Positions 15,868 to 24,876 of a DNA stretch of 64,000 nt are shown here, piece after piece. Made by a program: the position numbers and the translations under genes. Within the stretch, counting starts at the first letter, position 1. Each line of letters opens with the position of its first letter. The notes below the pieces were generated by a model that worked only from the letters and a program-made list of their open reading frames with translations, was not told where the DNA came from and ran no database searches. The DNA is taken from contig NZ_CAMRAN010000016.1 of assembly GCF_947039875.1 (NCBI RefSeq), forward strand, positions 3,592-67,591, given 5' to 3'. Origin of the DNA: an uncultured Photobacterium sp. Lineage in GTDB: Bacteria > Pseudomonadota > Gammaproteobacteria > Enterobacterales > Vibrionaceae.

Positions 15868-17961
15868 ATGTTGTTTAATGGTGCTCATTTTAATCTTGCT
15901 CTTGGTGAGAGAAATATTGCTATTTTAGATTTTTTTTCCCCTGCTCGCTTAATGTCAAAAGCTGTTATCGTAGAATTAAATGATATCTTGGATCAATTAC
16001 TTTTTGAAAAAAATATCAATGGATTAGTCATTACTACATCGACAGAGAATTTCGCTTTTGGGGCTGACATTCATGAGTTCTTGCCATTATTTAAAGGTGG
16101 CGCTGGAGAACATTTAGCTTATACACATTCTGTTTATAATAAATTAGAAGATCTTCCATTTCCAACAGTCACTATTATTAAGGGTCACTGTTATGGTGGA
16201 GGTGTCGAGTTTTCCCTTACTAGTGATTTCCGTCTTGGAACCCCTAATATTTCAGTTGGTTTTCCTGAAGTTAAGATTGGTATTTTCCCTGCCATGGGTG
16301 GGGTTACTCGTATGCCTCGTCTTATTGGTCTTGATACATCGCTTGCTTGGCTAACTTCGGGACGAAACTTTAAAGCTGAAAATGCATTAAAAGATGGTTT
16401 TGTAGATGGTGTCGTTGAAGTTGAAGACTCAATGACTGCTGCGATTAATTTGATCACAGAATGTTTAGATAATAAACGTGATTACATAAACATTCGTGAG
16501 AAGAAAAAAGGGAAAATATCTCTTTCAGCTTATGAATTACAAATGTCTATTGGTGTTGCTAAAGGAATGATAGCGAAGGCGGCTGGCCCTAATTATCCTG
16601 CACCAATGACAATCATAAAAGTGATTGAAGAATCAGCGAATCTTGGACGTAAAGAGTCTTTAGAAAATGAAATTACAGGTGTGGTTGAACGTTTAATTAA
16701 TACCGGCCACTCAGCAGCTATGTGTCATATGTACTTAGCTGATTTAGCTGTTAAGAGTAAAGCAAAAAAACTAGCGGGTGATAAAACTGTGGAATGTGCC
16801 GTTATAGGTGCAGGGATTATGGGAGGAGGGATTGCATATTCTAATGCGATCAAAGGTATTCGCTCACCATTAAAGGATGTTAATCAAACAGGGCTAGATC
16901 TTGGTTTAAGTACGGCAGTTAGTTTACTTGAAAAACCAGTCAAGCGTGGAAAAATGGAGTTCAAAAAAGCGGCGACGGCACTGAATAATATCATTCCTAC
17001 ATTAACATACGACTCTTTACAACAAGCCGATATGGTAATTGAAGCTGTTGTTGAAAACCCTAAAGTGAAGAGTATTGTTCTAAAACAATGTGAAGATGCA
17101 ACAAAAGAAAATACAGTTATCGCATCTAATACATCGACAATAAGTATTACCCAGTTAGCCTCATCTCTTGATCATCCCGAGAATTTCATTGGTATTCATT
17201 TCTTTAATCCAGTAAATAAAATGCCTTTAGTGGAAGTTATTCGTGGAGAGAAAACCAGCGATGAAACAGTGAAAAAAGCCGTTACATATGTGAATCAAAT
17301 TGGAAAAACACCCATTGTTATTAATAATTGTGCGGGCTTTTTTGTCAACCGTATATTAACGCCTTACATGCGGGCTTATTCTAATTTATTAGCGAAAGGT
17401 GTGGATTTTAATTTTATTGAAAACACAATGAAAAAATACGGTATGCCAATGGGACCTGCTGAGTTAATTGATGTTGTAGGTATGGATACTTCAGCTCATG
17501 TGCTTGAACTTATGTCACAAAGCTATTCACATATGCCTCAACCTGAAAATAATATTGTACAAAGACTATTTGATAACAATATGTTAGGTCGTAAAAATGG
17601 TGAAGGTTTTTATCTTTGGTCAACAGATAAACGTGGTCGTCCGGTAAAAGAAATAAATGAGAAATCATTGACGTTATTTAAGAGTGTAGGAAATCTAGAA
17701 TTAACGGAGGAGCAAATTACCAATGCGCTAATCTTACCGATGATGTTTGAAGCTAGACGAGCACTCAATGAAGGCATTATCGCATCTAAAGAGGAAGCCG
17801 ACTTAGCAATGATTTATGGTACTGGTTTTCCACCATTCCGCGGTGGTTTAGTCTATCAGATGGACAAGAAAACGCTTGAAGAGCTCCAGCAAGAGGCGGC
17901 CGAAATGTCAGAAGTTCTTGTTGATGACATTACATATACTGTCCCTGAAATGCAGGCTTAA
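15868..17961 (+). CDS. fadB: Fatty-acid oxidation complex alpha subunit paralog (enoyl-CoA hydratase / 3-hydroxyacyl-CoA dehydrogenase)
   Basis: The N-terminal crotonase part has FAFGADIHEF and GHCYGGGVEFSL. The central NAD-binding motif is VIGAGIMGGGIA, followed by the HFFNPV motif. The alignment to FadB starts at MLFNG (ATG 15868, AGGA SD); the long ORF begins at 15826. Confidence 0.9.
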   Translation: MLFNGAHFNLALGERNIAILDFFSPARLMSKAVIVELNDILDQLLFEKNINGLVITTSTENFAFGADIHEFLPLFKGGAGEHLAYTHSVYNKLEDLPFPTVTIIKGHCYGGGVEFSLTSDFRLGTPNISVGFPEVKIGIFPAMGGVTRMPRLIGLDTSLAWLTSGRNFKAENALKDGFVDGVVEVEDSMTAAINLITECLDNKRDYINIREKKKGKISLSAYELQMSIGVAKGMIAKAAGPNYPAPMTIIKVIEESANLGRKESLENEITGVVERLINTGHSAAMCHMYLADLAVKSKAKKLAGDKTVECAVIGAGIMGGGIAYSNAIKGIRSPLKDVNQTGLDLGLSTAVSLLEKPVKRGKMEFKKAATALNNIIPTLTYDSLQQADMVIEAVVENPKVKSIVLKQCEDATKENTVIASNTSTISITQLASSLDHPENFIGIHFFNPVNKMPLVEVIRGEKTSDETVKKAVTYVNQIGKTPIVINNCAGFFVNRILTPYMRAYSNLLAKGVDFNFIENTMKKYGMPMGPAELIDVVGMDTSAHVLELMSQSYSHMPQPENNIVQRLFDNNMLGRKNGEGFYLWSTDKRGRPVKEINEKSLTLFKSVGNLELTEEQITNALILPMMFEARRALNEGIIASKEEADLAMIYGTGFPPFRGGLVYQMDKKTLEELQQEAAEMSEVLVDDITYTVPEMQA

Positions 17962-17975
17962 TTGGAGAATAGATC

Positions 17976-19145
17976 ATGACTAAAGCAGTAATTGTCGATT
18001 TCGTACGTACCCCAATGGGTAAATCAAAAAATGGCGTTTTCCGTAATGTTCGTGCAGATAAATTGAGTGCGCATTTAATCAAAGCATTAATGGAACGAAA
18101 TCCAAAAGTAGCGCCATTAGAAGTAGAAGATGTTGTGTGGGGCTGTGTGCAACAGACGTTAGAGCAAGGAGCTAATTTAGCTAAAATTGTGGCGTTACAA
18201 GCAGGGTTGCCTGTTGAAGTCACTGGTACAACGGTGAATCGTTTATGCGGTTCATCAATGGACGCTTTACATATTGCCGCTCGTCAAATTAAATCAGGAG
18301 AAGGCGATATCTTTATTGTGGGTGGTGTTGAGCATATGGGACATGTTCCGATGACTCATGGCGTTGATTTATCAGGACCATCAGATTTTGTAATGGCACA
18401 AGCATCGGCAGCAATGGGGCTGACAGCAGAAGCATTAGCAAAACTAAATCACATTTCTCGTGAAGAGCAAGATGAGTTAGGTGTACGTTCACATAAATTA
18501 AGTCTTCAAGCTCAAAATAATGGTTATTTTAAGACTCAAATTGTTCCTACTCCTGGCCATGATGAGATGGGCACACCGATTATGGTTGATCGCGATGAGG
18601 TGATTCGTGAAGATGCAACTATTGAATCCTTCAGTAAATTACGTCCATGCTTTGATCCTTCATCTGCTGGTACCGTTACGGCTGCAACGTCATCTGCTTT
18701 ATCTGATGGCGCTTCGGCATTATTAGTAATGAGTGAAGAAAAAGCAAAATCATTAGGTTTAACCATTCGAGCTGAGATTATATCAATGGCGACGGCTGGC
18801 GTACCTGCTGCGATTATGGGGATTGGTCCCGTTCCTGCTTCAGAAAAAGCGCTTAAACGAGCAGGATTGACACTAAATGATATTGATAAATTTGAGTTAA
18901 ATGAAGCCTTTGGAGCTCAAGCAATCAGTTGTATTCGAAAAATGGGATTAACAGAGCGAATGGATGATATCAATATGCATGGGGGGGCGATTGCACTAGG
19001 TCACCCACTTGGTTGCTCTGGATCTCGTATTGTTGGTAGTGTAATTAACGTGCTAGAAACTCATGGTGGGGAATATGGCCTAGCGACAATGTGTATTGGT
19101 TTTGGACAAGGGATTGCAACGGTAGTTAAGATGTATAAAAACTAA
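17976..19145 (+). CDS. fadA: 3-ketoacyl-CoA thiolase paralog
   Basis: The 389-aa product has [11 protein letters not shown] (active-site Cys), [21 protein letters not shown] and MCIGFGQG. Confidence 0.9.
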   Translation: MTKAVIVDFVRTPMGKSKNGVFRNVRADKLSAHLIKALMERNPKVAPLEVEDVVWGCVQQTLEQGANLAKIVALQAGLPVEVTGTTVNRLCGSSMDALHIAARQIKSGEGDIFIVGGVEHMGHVPMTHGVDLSGPSDFVMAQASAAMGLTAEALAKLNHISREEQDELGVRSHKLSLQAQNNGYFKTQIVPTPGHDEMGTPIMVDRDEVIREDATIESFSKLRPCFDPSSAGTVTAATSSALSDGASALLVMSEEKAKSLGLTIRAEIISMATAGVPAAIMGIGPVPASEKALKRAGLTLNDIDKFELNEAFGAQAISCIRKMGLTERMDDINMHGGAIALGHPLGCSGSRIVGSVINVLETHGGEYGLATMCIGFGQGIATVVKMYKN

Positions 19146-19391
19146 TATTAGGAACAACAAAAATAGCGTCTAATTAACGATAAATTCTAATTTAAATCGG
19201 TTTGTGTCATAGTTTTTCTGAATAATAAGGGAGAACTATGACCAATTCGATAATTACTTTTATCAAATAACAAGAAATAGGACAATTTCTTTATCGCTAA
19301 ACTGAAATATTCATGTGTTCTGATATGACATTTGTTGTGGCTTAATGAACTTGGAGTAGGTGAAATATTCTGTATTGTTTGTACCTTACAA

Positions 19392-19973
19392 TTATTCTGT
19401 AATGTTTAAAACGACACTAAAGTAGTTGTTAACGACTGCCTGAATATAATTAGCATCTTTAAATTGTGAAATAAGCATACAGCCTTCTAATGATACAAAA
19501 TAAAGGCGCGCGGCATCTGTGGCAATTAATTGCGATGGAAATTCACCGGTGTTAATACCTGCCGTTATTACTTGTTCTATCCATTGCTCATTAAAAGTAA
19601 CAAATCGATCAAGCTGAATTTCTAAGCTATCAGTGAGAGAATAAAAGTCCGATGCATACATACCACATAAACACAGTTTATCTTCATTACGTACTGTAAT
19701 AAAAATATTGGCTAACGCTTTTAATTTATCTGTAGCGGTTACATGTTGTTGCTCGATGGATATTAACGCTGTTTTATATCGTGCAAGGTAACGTTCAAAG
19801 ACAACAATGGCTAAATCTTGCTTAGTTTTATAGTGATAATGAATGCTGGCTGTTTTTATGCCCAGCTCATCTTGAATATCACGAAAACTAAACCCGTTAA
19901 AACCACGGCATTGAATGTATTTTTCGGCAATATCAGCAATTTTTGCTGCTGTAGGATTAATATCTTTCATCAT
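19392..19973 (-). CDS. TetR-family transcriptional regulator
   Basis: The N-terminal HTH is GFNGFSFRDIQDELGIKTASIHYHYKTKQDL. Confidence 0.85.
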   Translation of the reverse strand: MMKDINPTAAKIADIAEKYIQCRGFNGFSFRDIQDELGIKTASIHYHYKTKQDLAIVVFERYLARYKTALISIEQQHVTATDKLKALANIFITVRNEDKLCLCGMYASDFYSLTDSLEIQLDRFVTFNEQWIEQVITAGINTGEFPSQLIATDAARLYFVSLEGCMLISQFKDANYIQAVVNNYFSVVLNITE

Positions 19974-20033
19974 TGATATTCACATTGTTAAGAAGATCAA
20001 TAATCTATCATTTAGTATTAAATAACACAATTC

Positions 20034-20053
20034 TTTCTACCTATGAGTAGAAA
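20034..20053. promoter_or_regulatory. Palindromic operator candidate upstream of the TetR gene
   Basis: TTTCTAC-CTATGA-GTAGAAA shares the half-site TTTCTACCTAT with the palindrome at 21041-21061. Confidence 0.4.
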
Positions 20054-20128
20054 GGTAATGGTGACGTATTCATCACCATTATTCAATAAAAATGACTGCT
20101 ATTGTTTCTGTGAATTGTTTCCTGTTAA

Positions 20129-20899
20129 TTAATTACGTCCCGCCATTACGCCACCGTCGACGTCAAGCACCGTACCTGTGATCCATTTTGCTTTATCTGA
20201 TAATAAAAACTCAACCGCATCTGCAATATCGGTGGTTGAACCGATGTGTCCAATCGGGTGGAAATCATTAAACCCTTGTAGAGCGGTTTCAATTTCATCT
20301 TCAGCAATAAATGATTTATAAATTGTTGACAGTACAACCGCCGGGGCGACAGCATTTGCACGAATATTGTCGTCTGCTAATTCCATCGCTAAATTGCGGG
20401 TAAACGCATGTAAGGCTGCTTTTTGCATTGAATAAGCCGATGATGGGGTTGCTTTAATCGCTTGATGTGCCCACATTGAACCAATATTTACGATTGAACC
20501 GCCACCATGTTGTTGCATGTTTTTTGCAACGGCTTGAGTAATGAAGAAAAATGCTTTATTGATATCTAATTGAAGATTGTAATCTTTTTCGGTATGTTCT
20601 AGAAAACTGACGGGTTTAAAAAAACCAGCAGCGTTAACTAGATAGCCAATATGGCGGCTTTCACTTTCAAGTTGGCCAATAAAAGTATTTACGTCTTCAG
20701 GATTATATAAATCAACTTGTGCTGTTTCAACAATGCCGCCTGTACGTTGTTCTAAATCGGCTTTTGCTGTGGCCAAGTTTTCTGCATTGTGCGATAAAAT
20801 CATAACAGGAACGCCTGCGGTTAATAAGCGTTCTGCGGTTGCTTTACCCATACCTGATGAACCGCCAACGATGAGTGCTATTGATGATGTAGTAAACAT
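20129..20899 (-). CDS. Short-chain dehydrogenase/reductase (SDR)
   Basis: [13 protein letters not shown] is a TGxxxGxG-type motif. NAAG and the catalytic YSMQK (YxxxK) are also present. Confidence 0.9.
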   Translation of the reverse strand: MFTTSSIALIVGGSSGMGKATAERLLTAGVPVMILSHNAENLATAKADLEQRTGGIVETAQVDLYNPEDVNTFIGQLESESRHIGYLVNAAGFFKPVSFLEHTEKDYNLQLDINKAFFFITQAVAKNMQQHGGGSIVNIGSMWAHQAIKATPSSAYSMQKAALHAFTRNLAMELADDNIRANAVAPAVVLSTIYKSFIAEDEIETALQGFNDFHPIGHIGSTTDIADAVEFLLSDKAKWITGTVLDVDGGVMAGRN

Positions 20900-20923
20900 A
20901 ATGTATTCCTTTATTATCTGGCT

Positions 20924-21061
20924 ACCTACTGGTTGGTAGGTCGTTTGATTGAAAAAAAAGCGAGCATCTTAGTTAAATAGTTTGTGCTTCGCTTCATTGG
21001 TTTTAAATATAATGTGATTTGTTTTTAACGTCAAATTATTTTTCTACCTATCTGTAGGTAG
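20924..21061. promoter_or_regulatory. Two palindromes in the SDR promoter region (TetR operator candidates)
   Basis: ACCTAC-TGGTTG-GTAGGT lies at 20924-20941 and CTACCTA-TCTG-TAGGTAG at 21044-21061. Both contain a CTACCTA/TAGGTAG core. Confidence 0.4.
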
Positions 21062-21313
21062 TTTTGCTATTTCATTGATTTTTAATGTTTTGTTTTTAAA
21101 AAATATTGCCTTTTGTTACGGCTATTTTGTGTCTTCGACTAAAATTACGTTGCTATAAAGTGATTATGTATATTCACATTCAATGCGCTATAACTCAATA
21201 AGAGTACAAAGGCACGTATTTAAATTAGGGTGACTTGGTTAGTTACGATAGAGATATGACGGTTTTGTTTTATGTTATAATACCGCCAGTGTTTCCAATT
21301 AGATAAATGAACT

Positions 21314-22153
21314 ATGCTTGGCTATTACCTTCATACAAAAAATGCGCAACAGGCATTAGATGCCATCAAGCAAGGGCTTTCTAGCGTCCGAATATCGACA
21401 GATCTTAATCTCACAGAGCAAGACTTTATCGTAAATGATCAAGGTTTAATTCTTGATGAAGAGAATCATCTTTCTATTGCTGATCTGAAAAAAATCGTTA
21501 AAAAAACGCAAAGAATTTATCTTTGTAATGATGGCGAGATGGATCCGTTAGAAGATCGCAGTGTAGGTTATTACAAATTAGCACCAACAGAGGGTGCGCC
21601 ACTGCTTGAGATAAGTGGTGTTAAAATGCATATCTCGAAAGGAACCGATCCTTTCAAAAGTGCATCAGAGATGGCGCAACAAGCGGTTCGTTGTGGTGAT
21701 AATGTACTCGACTGCTGCAGTGGTTTAGGCTACGCCGCGATTGCCGCACACCGTTTAGGTGCTAAAAAAGTATTAACCATTGAACTAAGCGAATCTGTAA
21801 TGGGTTTACGAGCTCAAAATCCTTGGTCACGTGACTTGAACAATGATGGGATTGAACAACGTCAGGGCAGTAGCTTTGAGTTGATTGAAACAATGCCTTC
21901 AATGTCTTTTGATGCTGTTATTCATGATCCACCACGTTTTTCTCTTGCTGGTGAACTGTATAGCGAAGAGTTCTATAGTGAGATCTACCGTGTGTTGCGT
22001 CAAGATGGACGTCTTTTCCATTATACGGGAAATCCACATATCATGAAGAAAGGCAGCGGTTTTGTTGATGGGGTTATCCGTCGATTAAAAGCGGCTGGTT
22101 TTAAAAACATACAGAAGATTGATCACTTAATGGGTGTAAGTGCCCAAAAGTAA
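21314..22153 (+). CDS. Class I SAM-dependent methyltransferase (N6-A/N2-G type DPPxF motif)
   Basis: VLDCCSGLGYAAIAA is the SAM motif I and VIHDPPRF is the motif IV found in amino-methyltransferases. Confidence 0.7.
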   Translation: MLGYYLHTKNAQQALDAIKQGLSSVRISTDLNLTEQDFIVNDQGLILDEENHLSIADLKKIVKKTQRIYLCNDGEMDPLEDRSVGYYKLAPTEGAPLLEISGVKMHISKGTDPFKSASEMAQQAVRCGDNVLDCCSGLGYAAIAAHRLGAKKVLTIELSESVMGLRAQNPWSRDLNNDGIEQRQGSSFELIETMPSMSFDAVIHDPPRFSLAGELYSEEFYSEIYRVLRQDGRLFHYTGNPHIMKKGSGFVDGVIRRLKAAGFKNIQKIDHLMGVSAQK

Positions 22154-22232
22154 TGCGAAAGAGTAGGGGTCGCAGGCAGTCATACGCGGTATCGCGGATA
22201 ATTGTCGCGACTCCTTTTTTATTGCAGTCTAA

Positions 22233-22448
22233 TCACGATGATTTACTTTTCTTTATAACATGGTGCTCTTTATTTTCGGGATGATGAAACTTTGAATTGA
22301 TCACTCTATTGTCAATAACGGTTGGTATTTCTATTTTTTGGCTGATCTTTTTGTTATTTGGGTTATGGAATTTTGAATTTATAACGTCAGTACTAGAGAA
22401 AGCTGATGTTGAAACAAATAATAAACAGAAAATAAAAGAAAGTTTCAT
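22233..22448 (-). CDS. Small secreted protein with an internal duplicated motif
   Basis: The signal peptide is MKLSFIFCLLFVSTSAFSS. VINSKFHNPNNKK and VINSKFHHPENKE are repeated about 30 aa apart. Confidence 0.45.
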   Translation of the reverse strand: MKLSFIFCLLFVSTSAFSSTDVINSKFHNPNNKKISQKIEIPTVIDNRVINSKFHHPENKEHHVIKKSKSS

Positions 22449-22693
22449 ATGAATTGTCCTTTTTTCATGTGCATACTTATAATTCTATATGTTATAGCTA
22501 TATTAAATTATAGCTGTTATACATGTATGCGAATAAACTTATATTTATCCTTATGCCATTATAATGATTATTATCAAAGACAATTATTATTGATATGTGA
22601 CCGATGTCAAATGTGAAATTATTTAAAATATGACATTATGGAAAGAGGCTAGATGGCCATTATGTTTTTATAATGGCTATCTCATTAAAATAA

Positions 22694-23263
22694 CTACTTA
22701 TTATCATTAAGAATAATATTGAGATACATTTCTTTCGCCATCGGAATTAAATTGGTGTTTTTTGTTATTTGTAACGATGCAAGTAGGCCATTAAAGATTA
22801 ATTCTGCTTGTTGTGATTTAAGTTCAGCATTATTAATATTATTTTCAATTAACAACGCTTTAATCATATCGACACGCATATTCTTATAGCCACTGCATAT
22901 ATCTGCAATGTCATCGTCAGTATGGTTGAATTCACTATAGGCTAATTGAAAATAACACCCATTAAATAAATCATCTTTTACTAATGCGACTAAGAGATCA
23001 AACCGTTCTGATAGCTTTTGTTCAAGTGTTAATGATGGGTCAGAAAACGTAAGAACGAGGTGATTCAAGGCGCGTTCACTGAATAAAATAAGCGCTTCTT
23101 TTATAAGATTTTCTTTTGAAATGAAATACTTATAGATGGTTGCTTTTGATACCCCTGTTGCAGTTGTGATCGTATCCATACTCGTGCCATGGAAGCCATA
23201 TTGCGCACATAAAGTGATTGTTTTATTAATAATATTCAATCGCTTTTGTTGTTGTTTATTCAT
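22694..23263 (-). CDS. TetR-family transcriptional regulator
   Basis: The HTH is GFHGTSMDTITTATGVSKATIYKYFISKENL. The ATG at 23263 has an AGGTAAGG SD. Confidence 0.85.
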   Translation of the reverse strand: MNKQQQKRLNIINKTITLCAQYGFHGTSMDTITTATGVSKATIYKYFISKENLIKEALILFSERALNHLVLTFSDPSLTLEQKLSERFDLLVALVKDDLFNGCYFQLAYSEFNHTDDDIADICSGYKNMRVDMIKALLIENNINNAELKSQQAELIFNGLLASLQITKNTNLIPMAKEMYLNIILNDNK

Positions 23264-23305
23264 GGACCTTACCTCTTTTGTCATTACCTTGATCATAACA
23301 AAATA

Positions 23306-23375
23306 AACTGTTTAGTTCAAAACTCTTGACAGGTAATCACTTACACACTAGATTGAACTGAACAGTTTAGTTCAA
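23306..23375 (+). promoter_or_regulatory. Sigma70-like promoter with flanking TetR operator repeats
   Basis: TTGACA (23326-23331), a 17-nt spacer, then TAGATT (23349-23354). AACTGTTTAGTTCAA (23306-23320) recurs inside the palindrome TTGAACTGAACAGTTTAGTTCAA (23353-23375), which overlaps the -10 element. Confidence 0.5.
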
Positions 23376-23395
23376 TCTGGTTGGGTAGGATCAAT

Positions 23396-23866
23396 ATGGA
23401 AAGTTTAAGAACAAATACAGTAGCACCACCAGCAACAACGGTAGGGTATAAATTAGGTGTTTTCGGCGTTGTGTTAGTTTTATTGTGGATTGGTATTTTT
23501 AAATTTACGCCAACGGAAGCGGCAGCAATTGAACCGCTTATTAAAAATCATCCCTTAATGGGGTGGACATACCATTTCTTCTCAGTCCAAACCGTGTCTA
23601 ATCTGGTTGGTTTAAGTGAGATAGTGGTGGCAATTGGGCTTATTTATGGCTTCTTTAACCCAAAAATTGGCTATATCTCAGGTGTTATAGCAAGTGCTAT
23701 TTTTATCGTGACACTCAGTTTTTTATTTACGACACCAAATACTTGGAAAGTGGTCGATAACGTTCCCATTGCAAACTTCTTTTTAGTTAAAGACATTCTA
23801 TTTTTAGCAATCGCAATAATGGTTGTTGAACACAATAAAAAATTATTATCTCATAATCCACAATAG
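23396..23866 (+). CDS. YkgB/DUF417-family inner-membrane protein
   Basis: The product has four TM helices, and IGIFKFTPTEAAAIEPLIKNHPLMGW matches my recollection of the DUF417 signature. Confidence 0.65.
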   Translation: MESLRTNTVAPPATTVGYKLGVFGVVLVLLWIGIFKFTPTEAAAIEPLIKNHPLMGWTYHFFSVQTVSNLVGLSEIVVAIGLIYGFFNPKIGYISGVIASAIFIVTLSFLFTTPNTWKVVDNVPIANFFLVKDILFLAIAIMVVEHNKKLLSHNPQ

Positions 23867-23876
23867 GTGCTTTATT

Positions 23877-24119
23877 ATGAAATACGTTATTCATGCTTTT
23901 TTAATTACAGTAATTAGTTTAGTTTCTTATGCAGCATCGGCTAAAGATGGCGACTTTATGGGAACTGTTAGCTTTGATAAAGCCGCCACAAATACGATCT
24001 CTTTACAACGATACATGAAGAAAGCATCGATTGATAAATCATATTCTGGCGTATTAATAAAGCAGAAAGTAACAATGCTTACTTTCCAAGAAAAGTTATT
24101 ATCAGCGGCAGATAAGTAA
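23877..24119 (+). CDS. Small secreted/periplasmic hypothetical protein
   Basis: The signal peptide is MKYVIHAFLITVISLVSYAASA. The gene starts 11 nt after the DUF417 gene stop. Confidence 0.5.
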   Translation: MKYVIHAFLITVISLVSYAASAKDGDFMGTVSFDKAATNTISLQRYMKKASIDKSYSGVLIKQKVTMLTFQEKLLSAADK

Positions 24120-24173
24120 TTATAAAACAGAGACTATTCTATGATACATAGCGACACTCTTTGAATACTAGGA

Positions 24174-24416
24174 GTGTCGCAGTTATATGTTAGTAGCGCT
24201 AGGTTAGACGTCATGGATAAGCAAACATCCAAAGGGCAGGTGATTAAGGCGGTGCGTGATCAATTTGGATTTACGTTTGAAAATAGTATGAGTTTTTGTG
24301 ACTTTTTCAATGATGTTGAAATGCTTAATGAAACCTATTTTAGTTACGCGATGACTAATGCCCATCCTGATATTAAAAAACTAGCTCGGTTTATTGTGCC
24401 AAGTAGTAATGAGTAA
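24174..24416 (+). pseudogene. C-terminal fragment of a Cof-type HAD phosphatase (truncated paralog of the 24877..25674 gene)
   Basis: LDVMDKQTSKGQVIKAVRDQFGFTFENSMSFCDFFNDVEMLNETYFSYAMTNAHPDIKKLARF aligns colinearly with LDVMHKTASKGAAIKELQRIFDFTFEESMSFGDFLNDVEMLKETYFSYAMDNAHPEIKQLARF. The N-terminal ~185 aa are absent. Confidence 0.7.
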
Positions 24417-24582
24417 GACGTCGTTAGCGTAATCAAATTGCAGGTGTTACAGTGTCACGAGCGAGGGGTAAGGTATGACATTTTTACACTTAAGTGAGGC
24501 TATAAATTCTATTGACAAATATTGGTAATGAATTACATTCTTATTTAGGTTGTTGATACATTGCATAACTAAGGCGCATTTT

Positions 24583-24759
24583 ATGAGCACAGATGAACTA
24601 TTTCCTTTATATGTCATTATTTCTGTCGTTGTTTTTTTATTCTTTATGTTCTTTTTATTTATACAGTTATACCTAAAAGCAAAAAAAGAAAATATTGGGG
24701 GGTGCTGTAACGCAGAAGTAAAATCATCATCAAAGAAAAAAAGGAACAATCATCATTAA
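24583..24759 (+). CDS. Possible 58-aa single-pass membrane protein
   Basis: MSTDELFPLYVIISVVVFLFFMFFLFIQLYLKAKKENIGGCC... has a Lys-rich tail and is followed by a good terminator. The SD is weak. Confidence 0.3.
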   Translation: MSTDELFPLYVIISVVVFLFFMFFLFIQLYLKAKKENIGGCCNAEVKSSSKKKRNNHH

Positions 24760-24774
24760 TTGTTCCGTTGAAAG

Positions 24775-24805
24775 AACACCATTATGTAATGTAATGGTGT
24801 TTTTT
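24775..24805 (+). terminator. Rho-independent terminator
   Basis: AACACCATTA-TGTAATG-TAATGGTGTT forms a 10-bp stem followed by a T-run (TTTTT). A second hairpin, GGAACAAT-N8-ATTGTTCC, lies at 24743-24766. Confidence 0.55.
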
Positions 24806-24876
24806 GATTAAAATTAATATCATTAGCAGGTAGAATATTCAGCATTAATAATAACATGTTGGAATAATTACTGTTT

